From positions 124,001 through 188,000 of the forward strand of contig JAQGDQ010000163.1 in NCBI GenBank assembly GCA_030141605.1: a stretch of 64,000 bases of DNA, written 5' to 3'. Under the pieces are notes generated by a model. The model worked only from the letters and a program-made list of their open reading frames with translations. It did no database searches and was not told where the DNA came from. A program made the translations under genes and the position numbers. Of this stretch, positions 24,363-33,500 are shown piece after piece. Each line of letters opens with the position of its first letter. Within the stretch, counting starts at the first letter, position 1. This DNA is from Tubiluchus corallicola. Taxonomy: Eukaryota > Animalia > Priapulida.

Positions 24363-26447
24363 TTAAGTCTTAACTTTTAAATTTGCAAGTCGAGAATCAG
24401 CCATAGACTTGTTGTTTGGAAGCTGAGAGTTGACGTTCTTAAAAGGAATTGCCAACTGGTAGTGGCCATCATCGGTTCTTGTCATTGTCTCCCCCCAGAT
24501 TTCCAGTGCTCTTCTGTCTTGTTTGGAAAATCTGTTGTTGTTATCATAGTCATCATCCCATCTCTCTATTTTCCAGAAGTTTTCCATTTGCATTGACAAA
24601 GTTTCATCCAGGTCGTTTTGGTCCGTTAAAACCTGAGACAGGTTGCACAGTGCAGCATGTGAATAATTTCCGCCCCCTATGGGCCCACGTAAAGACCAAC
24701 CTAAGCCTGTCCTGACAGCATAGGGTGCTGAAAGCGATGGGCCTTGTCTGACTTCCAAGGGTATCATTGCCTCTGGTACATCTTGACCAATAATTAACAT
24801 AACTTCGCCTGAACGAGGAGTGGAAAGTGGTAAATCTTCCAGGTGAGCCCACTTGATGATGTCTGCTTCTCTAAATCCAGAATCAGAAAAGTTTGAAAAA
24901 TCTTCCAATGCGTATACTCTGTGAAGTTTCACTGTCTCTCCATTTTCCAAGTGATGTGGAGTGACTTTTAATGCCACCTGAACCACATTTATTTTAGTGT
25001 TCTTATTCACTGTGGAAAGACTGAGCTCAGTGTCTCTACCAGTGAGGTTGAGCATCTTTAGTAGCTTCTTGGTACAAAATGTGCGATTGCTCCCGCCGTC
25101 TAATAAGGCATGAGTTGATACAACTCTTTTGCTGTCTTTACTGCTGACCTTATTAGAGACACAGGGCAAAGCTATATTGTCTTCTTGGTTGCTATCAACT
25201 GTAGCACATGTTGTTGCCTTGTCCTTTAATTGTTGTTCCTCTGAGGTTTGCGTGTTTGTTGGGCTTTGTGACGGTTTCCAGCTTTCTAGAGCCTCGTGAA
25301 GTAAGACCGAGTGTTTTCGTTTGCAGTTTGGTTTGGTGCATCCACGAAGAAGACAGTAAATAGCTCTGTGGTTTCCATATCCCAAACAGTTGAAACAAAG
25401 ATACCTTTTCTTTGCGAAGTTCAATCTGGCTTCATTTGTCATGCTCTTAAATTTCTCGCACTTTCGTAAATGATGATTCTCTGAGCATAAACTACACTGT
25501 TTAGGTGCAACTTTATTCAAAGTATGTTCAAAACTCTTAACATTTGAGTCTTGGTTCCCTGACTCTGTCGCTTGAGCTGCAAAACCTTTTACTGTGCACC
25601 TCTTTTCCTGTATGCTCTCTTCTTTGATCTGTATTATGCTCTGTAATTTGCCTCTTCTTTGATTGATTAGTCAAGCAATTTCATCAGCTGCTTGTTGAAC
25701 AAAGCTTACAACATCATGTACATCTGGATTTCTTCCTTCACTCCTTCCAATTTTAGCTACTAGTGTCTGCCACCGACTCTGGTGTTTAAAGGGCAACAAC
25801 TTTATTATTTGTAATAGGTTGCTTTGAGTGTTAATTTCATTCAGGCAATTTATTGAAGCCAAAGTGTCTGTACAGTCACTTAGTAAATCAGCAAAGTTTT
25901 GTAGCTTTTCTCCTTCACGGGGCATTATGCTTCCAAAGCTGCTTATTTTTCTTAACCATGCTTGTGTGACGACATAAGGCTGACCAAAACGTTGTCTGAG
26001 TAGATCTTTGGCGTACTGATCAGCTATTTCATGGCTCATGTAATTACATCTTTCAATCAATTGTTTTTCCTTTCCAGTACATAGTTGTAACAGTCGGGTA
26101 AATCTGGCTGTTTCATCCTGTGCATATTTTTCTACTGTCTCCTCTAGACGATTCATAAACCTCCAAAATTGTAAAGGGTTTCCGTCAAATGTTTCTACTT
26201 CTGCTTTAGGAAGCTGTAAAGTTTGATATATGTTGTGCTGCTGGACCTGATTCTCCAGCATAAGTTTGGCTATTACAGCCATGTCATCTTGGCCGCTCCG
26301 GTCCTGTGGCGCCACAGTGTGAGCAAATTGTGAAGAAACAGGTGTAGAATGTTTTATTTGAGTTTGCTCTTTTGGATGCACGTGGGGCTTGAATGTAGAC
26401 ACTGAAGCATTTAACTGAGAAGCCTCTTTTACGCGCCTGTCACTGAA
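24363..26447 (-). pseudogene. BEL/Pao Gag core, zinc knuckles and aspartic protease
   Basis: ORFs 25671-26477 and 24363-25520 are in the same frame across one TGA at 25671-25673. Motifs CSLCSENHHLRKC, CFNCLGYGNHRAIYC, CTKPNCKRKHSVLLH and HALLDGGSNRTF. Confidence 0.9.
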
Positions 26448-27175
26448 AGGCAATACATACTGATTATACAATTCCAACTAATGTCTATGATAACATGTTA
26501 TCGGCCCAACTGCCTCATTATTAATATAGTTCCAAGGTTTTCTCTGCCCAATAAAATGAACAATTTTAATATCATTGCAAAAATGTTTGACTGCAGAAAG
26601 GTAGGTATAAGGCAGTTCTGCATGGGCGTTCATAACATTGCAGGTAAATGGCAGGTGTTTGTCCAAGTTTTGGTTCCAATCAGCAAAATATTTATTTAGT
26701 AGCCCCTGGTCCCCGCCATCTGCTTTCTGCCTTTCTGCTTAGCTAAATCTAACTGCTTATAAGTGTTCAAACTAGGTTTAAAAACATAAACTCCAGAATT
26801 GAATTGATCAGGCCACCCTATGTCCGGTGCAGCTGAAAATTCTTCTCTACTAAATAAATCATCAACGTTTTGCAATACCAATGTGTCCGCATCTAGGAAA
26901 ACGCATTTGGAAAACTTGGTCAAACGCCAGCAGTGAAGTTTTGTAAACGTGATGCCGAGTTCTGGTTGACCTAGCAACTGCAGATGAGCGTAATCTTCAC
27001 TGTCGAAAATTTCAACCTTCTCAACATGGTCAAATGCCTGGTGAAGCAGCAGCATCATTCTACTTGAGATGACAACTAATTTGCATGCTGTTTTCGTCTG
27101 CTTCAAGGAATTCGCTAGAACTATGGCACCCAAAGAATACTCATCAGCTGTGGCCAATGTAACATAGGCCTGATC
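26448..27175 (-). pseudogene. GYG1: Captured intronless glycogenin (GT8) catalytic domain within the retrotransposon Gag frame
   Basis: [21 protein letters not shown]; [65 protein letters not shown]; frameshift at ~26725; [13 protein letters not shown]...KHLPF..N...YTYLSAVKHF..IKIVHFIGQRKPWNY; TAG at 26478-26480; LELYNQYVLP. Confidence 0.95.
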
Positions 27176-27755
27176 ATTTATTTCACTTTTTGGAAAATTT
27201 TGCTCAATCCAGTTTTCGACACTAGGAGGCACTGACTTGCCTAACTGAAATAAGCGAGTCCTAGTCTTAGCAGATGAACTACTGCTGCTAACATCTGAAT
27301 TTGCATAATCACATGCTATTTTCCCCCTTTTTATTTTCTGATCTATAAGATGCTGTTTTCTCCTACTACTCAACTGTTTCATCTTAACATTCAAGTCTTG
27401 CATTGTTTTCTTCAAGAGCTGTTCTTCATCATCAAATGCTGATTCTGCCTGCAAAGATTTTTTCTCAAGTTCTAACAATGCTTTGCGAGCCTCTGCCTGT
27501 TGGCGCTTATGCTCGGATGAAGCAGCTGATCTTATTTTGGACCGGCATGATTTAATTTCGGAAGTTGAGACTTGGCTTGCACTACCTGTAGGTGAGGCTT
27601 CCATGTGGGGTGAGAGTGCTGGTTTCACCGTGGACGTCTGAAGCTGATTGCGCCCGACCCTTTTAACTAGATCAGCTTTAGTTCCAGAAACTGTCAACCC
27701 CTTTTGTCTACAAATGTTTCTTAACTGTTCCACAGTAAGACAACTGAATTTATCT
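27176..27755 (-). pseudogene. Gag N-terminus: SAP domain, Ser-rich linker and coiled coil
   Basis: [28 protein letters not shown] fits the SAP consensus (~27655-27745). It is followed by an E/K/Q-rich helix and SVENWIE, continuous in frame with the glycogenin domain in ORF 26696-27733. Confidence 0.85.
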
Positions 27756-27889
27756 TGCAGCCAAGTTCTTCAGACAGGTAAAACCAGTAAGTTGATTTCT
27801 TGTTTTGGATCCAAGTTCCAAATCATCATCATTGTCAAATTTTTGCTGAGTTTTTCTGCTCCTTATTGACTTCCTTGTATTGGATCTGT

Positions 27890-28295
27890 GATGATGAACC
27901 TGGATCCAATCCTCGCATGTCGACGAGAAGCAGAAAAACTCAGCAAAAGTTTGACAATGATGATGAACCTGGATCCAATCCTCGCATGTCGACGAGAAGC
28001 AGAAAAACTCAGCAAAAGTTTGACAATGATGATGAACCTGGATCCAATCATCGCATGTCGACGAGAAGCAGAAAAACTCAGCAAAAATTTGACAATGATG
28101 ATGAACCTGGATCCAATCATCGCATGTCGACGAGAAGCAGAAAAACTCAGCAAAAATTTGACAATGATGATGAACCTGGATCCAATCATCGCATGTCGAC
28201 GAGAAGCAGAAAAACTCAGCAAAAATTTGACAATGATGATGATTTGGAACCTGGATCCAATACAAGGAAGTCGACAAGGAGCAGAAAAACTCAGC
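27890..28295 (+). repeat. 69-bp tandem repeat (5 near-identical units plus 1 variant), inverted relative to a copy at ~27795-27886
   Basis: Unit gatgatgaacctggatccaatc(c/a)tcgcatgtcgacgagaagcagaaaaactcagcaaaa(g/a)tttgacaat, which translates as DDEPGSN(P/H)RMSTRSRKTQQKFDN. Confidence 0.95.
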
Positions 28296-30541
28296 GAGTC
28301 AGTCCCATAATTAGCAACATCCACAAAAAAACAGACAACTCTGCTCGCAATTCCCATCCGCCCCCTTCAGTTTTTGTCTGCCCATAACACTGTGCACTAA
28401 AATTTACCTGGAGCACTGATTGTACTATTTTAGTAAATACTACTTTGGATTTTGGATGTTTCCGTTATTTGCACACAGGACTAGAGGCCTAATACAGTAC
28501 AATTTATAGTCATATAGTCCATTGTTGTTAGGTTAGGGTTTTTAAGTTAGAGCTTTGCATATTTTTAAGTTGAGGGTTTTCTGTGTGCAAAAATATAATA
28601 TTGGAAATATCCAAATTACTGTACAACTCTTATTTCACCGGTGACACTGCCATGCTTATTATTAAAAACTGTGCATTTGTTTATTAATAAACGTACTTTC
28701 ACCACAACTGATACATTGTAGTATTATAGGAATTTCTAATAGCTTTTGTTACGTGTGTGTCGTTCAATTAATGTAGACGTTGTAGTGATAGTAAAGTGGA
28801 AAATTAGAATTTGTTAGTAGAACCGATGTGTATTCACTGATGTGTGTTTTATAACCTGAAGATTTTTACCTCATGTCCCTGCAGTAGTGGATTACCAACA
28901 CACAGAACTCTTAAGCTCAATTTTAATCTTAAGGGTATACCAATTCTGCTTCATCCTTTGCTGAGTAAATTACCGTAATGCATATCATTATGCTATGTAC
29001 ATGCATAATATGCATAATTACAAATTTGCATGAATCAATTAGAGCCCATTCGTGCATTTGTTCTTTAGGCTTGGAAAATGGTTTGTAAATCAGCAAATCT
29101 GAGCACATATCGTTCATTGTGCATTTGAGTGCCTGATGACTGACTATTCAGGCCAATGATTAATCCACTATTGGCAGGATTAGTAAAAAAGGAAGATGTA
29201 ATTTTGGACAACCATTAACTGGATGTTTACATGTTCCATAACAAGTTTACCATATTTATGCAATTGTGGTCGAAGGTAACTCTCAATACTGGAAAAATTT
29301 TAGTATTTTAGTAACTCGGGAGGTTTCCTATGCAATACAATTATTAATACGTTGCGTACAGTATACAGTACAATCGAAGTGTTGATGTTAACACATTTTA
29401 AATGTGATGTGAATTTTTACACAGTTTTGTAATTTCAGTACGATGCAATACAAGCTGTTTTTATTACAAAAGTCTATTGCTCTGATGAGATTTTGTAAGT
29501 TTATGAAGGTTGAATAAATTTTTGAAATCAGATCAATTTCTCTGTTCATTTGTAAAGCTAAGTGTTGCTACTCTGTTCCGCAATCTATGACGAACTCGAT
29601 GTGCTTTTGTACATGTATAGAGCCAATAACACCTAAGTGAAGAAACCCACAATAGGTAAGGCTCCAAGTGTTTCTATACGCTTTTGTCATTGTCGAGGTC
29701 TATTTACAGCAATAAAGGTAAATTGACACGATAAACTCACAAGAGAGCTTGAAATTGAAATTTCCCGCTTTTTATTTACTGTTCTAATTTTTATTTATCA
29801 CCCTACAATATTTTCATTGTCAACCCTTTTCTCCATCACAGGAATTAGCCGCGTTTATCGTGCAGTAAATTACAGTTCGGATTTTGAAATAATCATTATG
29901 TATTCTTAAACAATTCATAACATGTTACTTACATACTGAAAAGCAACTCTAGAAATGCCAGATCACCCTGCCGCGTTCACACTTGTTTGTGTTAAGCTGT
30001 GTTCATTTCATATTCCGTTCAGAAAATATATTTACGTGAAAATCGCTCGTAAGTGTGAACGCTGAGTTTCTGCTTTGAAATGCTGTTAAGTAAAGAGAAT
30101 ACTAGAGGAATAAATGTAGAATCAAAGTAGCTTCTATATACAAGTAAAAAAACTTGTACGCTGAGCACAATGGCACAAACTAGTTCATGATCATGAAACG
30201 CTCCAAGGGTGAGAAAGCATAAGCCACAAATTCAGTTACTTCGCAGGCAACATGCACTCAATTGAAAGTTATTTTCTTGAAAATAATAGATAAACAATAT
30301 TCTGGGTTAACAAAGTGACAAATGTATCAGGTATTAACTAAGATCAGTAACATTTAGGGTAGAAGCCCACATACAAATTGTGGTCTCTGTAGGTACAAGT
30401 AACTTCCTATGGGATTAATCTGAACCTTTGATTCATGCATGTGACATGAGTATGCAAAATAAATTTTCTAGCTTAATATACTAGACTATAACTTGTTAAC
30501 AACATTATCAATAATTTATAATAAGCCGATATAAACTGCAT

Positions 30542-33500
30542 TCATAAGGGCCATGTCCACTGATTCGGCAATGGAGTCTGTGCTAACGGTTCCCATGGTT
30601 TCCACTGCAGCATCTGTCGTGATAACAACAATTCATTTTCTGCCTAATAATAAAAAAAGATGATTGAACAGATACAACGGCAATCAATGTTGACATGTTC
30701 ATTCAAATCTATGAACGGCTGTCTCGGGAAGCATATGCAGTCTACTAAATAAATTCTCAACATTATTAATTTAGCTATACCACTCCATTATAATTTGCTA
30801 GAGAGCAGCAATCATTTCTCATTGAGGAAATGACTGCACATAGCGCAAATGTTATCCCTGCAAATTACTATTTTGCAATGTCTCACCTAAGTAAAAAAGC
30901 TTTACAAACAATCTAGGGTACATATCAAAAACATTCCCTTGCTTAACTAAAAAATAAGTAAAATTTTTTTGAGTCGTATGCTAGATGTGTTTATTGCATA
31001 TATACTCAAATCTCGGTTTGCCGGACAAAAGCAGGGAGACATCAGTCCGAATTTGCCAACTGTCCATATTTACCGATACTAAGCTTATACAGTAGGTGTA
31101 TACTCACGGTAATGTAGAATCAATCGCCTAATTGTTTCAAAATTGTTTAGTACGGGCCGCTCCTATGCAGAAATAATAATAATTGACTTTATATTTTCAC
31201 ATGTGGTTACACTGATGTAATGATGCAAACAAAGTGACGGCATGCCAACTAGCGATCAGCTCGCGAAACAACGGACTGTGTACATAGTAAAAAGTCGGGT
31301 CTTTTTAATAGTCAGATTTTGTCTGATCCTTCTGATATCCATAAAAGCAAGGTCCAGCAAACCGAGAGTGTGGTTTTGACAAAATAGATTTTTACTTGAA
31401 TTATCAGCTCCTCCACTTGTCCACATCCAATCTTCCGCTCCAATTTTCCAACGTCTTTTTCCTAAAATCATATACACAGTTACACACATTTGTAAAACCA
31501 GATACCAGCATTCACAAAACACTGCAATTTAAAAATTTGTGTAGACCACATCAGAACTTCCCACTGAAATAAATTACCGAACCAGAAAAGTGTAACTTCT
31601 CCTTATTTGTTTAACATTTTTATCTTTTCCTGATAATCGAGTGAAATTGTAAATTTATCAGTAATAGCAAGACTCGTATGGCATAAAATCTAATTCTAAT
31701 CAATTTATTCTCGTTAATTATTGTCTATTTTATTCTTATAATGTATTTTAGACATCGTAAGATGAATTTTATTTTATTTTAACTGTAATCAAGATTTATA
31801 ACCATGCTTTTATTCTTTTTATTAGGATATTTTTTATTTTTTATATTGATTATTTTATATTTTTACTTCTACGTCCTGTAAACTGTGCAAATAAAAGCCT
31901 GATTTATGGGGACTGCACGTGTAATGCAAAATAATCAAAATATCCTTTTATGTGTTATTAAAATGCGAAGCTGTAGAAGCATAAACGTAAAGTTTGAATA
32001 ACTCGGTCTTATCATCTATAACAACAAAAATTCAATAAAAGTGTGACAGTAATAATTACTCTCTTTTCTATTTACGAAACAGTTAGAAGTCAATTCAATT
32101 CAATATTTTTTAATTGGCTGATTTGTATCACAAAAAAATCCAACTATACACCTAATGATAATCATGTTACGATAATAAAAAAAAACAGGTATGATTTGAA
32201 AGTTATACAAAACAAAATCACCGTTTCTACATGATGCAATCGTTCCGTGATAATCTGAGTTGTGTTGATCCTGTATATGTAGTCTTCTGGTAATTTCTGC
32301 AGTGAGCGAAGAATCTTCTTGTACAATGATGATAGAGTGTGGTGAGGGGTCCTGGAGACGGCAAGACCAGTGAGACCTGTTGTCTGTACAAAAAACAGGC
32401 ATTATTATAGGGTGACCACATTACTTACTAAGCTATTCATTTTAAAATCAAAGTATATTTGTTGTTGTGACTTGCGCAATGTGTATGACTGTCCGATTCT
32501 TAGAACTTTGTCTGACTAATTCTTTGAACTGATTCTTACTTCTTAATAGCTTTACTGCTATTTTTGTGGCTCATCTCAGACATAACATTTCTGTTTTTCG
32601 TAATCTGTCACAGTATTACGGAACTGTTCTGAATTTCGCTGTTGTGCAATTTTTGCTCATTTTTCATATCTCTTACATCTTTATGCGATTTTGCTTCCAA
32701 AAAGGTAGAAACTGTTCAACTTTTATGCTGTAAATCCCACTGTAATTTGCAATTATGTCTTTGTTTGTCAAATTATGGGATAAATTATTGTAGGTGTTAT
32801 TGAACTCTGGTATTAAATTTCATTAGGCACAGAAGATGGTCAGTCTGGACCGAAACCGGCCTGTAGCATTATGAGAATTCTGGACAAATTTTGCAATGTT
32901 AATTTGCCAAACCTTGAACAAAAATAAATTATATTTGTAACATTAGTCAGCATATCACAAAGCAGCACTTAATAGCAAGACTTACGTAAAGAAGATGGTT
33001 GTGAAGGGACTAGAACCTAATTATGCATCAAGGATAATCCTCTAAGATGAGATACTGAACTAATAAAGATGTCCTAGCTACATTCAAAGCCTCAGCGAGG
33101 TTAGCAGCTGGGGTCCCATAAGGCAGATGAAACTAGCTAGAGGCAGGCAATCTTCAGATAGTCAAGGAATTCCTAAACTTACTTCGATCAGTAAGCATGC
33201 GCAACAATCGTTCGGTTATAGCTCATTTTATATTTGTATCTTTACTTTGATGATTTTCAGATTCCTATCATTTACTGACAGATTAGCTGATAAATGCATA
33301 TATGTACATAGATTCTTTTTTGATGCACGACATTCCTAGTTATAAATTATACGTTCAACAACTAACTAACTGAACAGGTGACTATGTGGGCTATTATCAC
33401 CTCTTTAATGTTTACGAACCATAAAACATCATTGTTAAGGTCAGTTTCTGGGCTTAACATATAGGTGGCAGCACCTATGTGAATGTACCTGTAAATTTAA

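Larger units (their letters stand above)
21768..28389 (-). mobile_element. BEL/Pao LTR retrotransposon, decayed copy, with SAP and glycogenin domains inside Gag
   Basis: Gag core (FDGNPLQFWRF), three Cys/His knuckles, protease ALLDGGS, RT ([27 protein letters not shown]), RNase H (FCDAS..YG, LPRLELSAA), integrase (GLDCFGP, SDCGTN, GVWERL) and a C-terminal WRLGRV domain, in the BEL/Pao order. A PPT and one LTR are present at the 3' end. Outer boundaries are approximate. Confidence 0.95.

Noticed and set aside
26448-27175. The host's genuine glycogenin gene
   Set aside because: It is intronless, lacks its own start, stop and C-terminal tail, carries lesions and is embedded in Gag.
6264-27175. 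Functional glycosylation cluster (GT11 plus GT8), or a metabolic cluster with AdipoR and NDUFA5
   Set aside because: These are independent insertions 19 kb apart on opposite strands, and both are disabled. There is no evidence of linkage beyond proximity.
27890-28295. CRISPR-like regular array or repeat-protein gene
   Set aside because: The units are tandem with no unique spacers, and the context is eukaryotic. The several open frames follow from a stop-poor 69-bp unit.
29483-29500. CTGATGAG hammerhead core (similar heptamers at 11376, 36263 and 48902)
   Set aside because: No stem II followed by GAAA.
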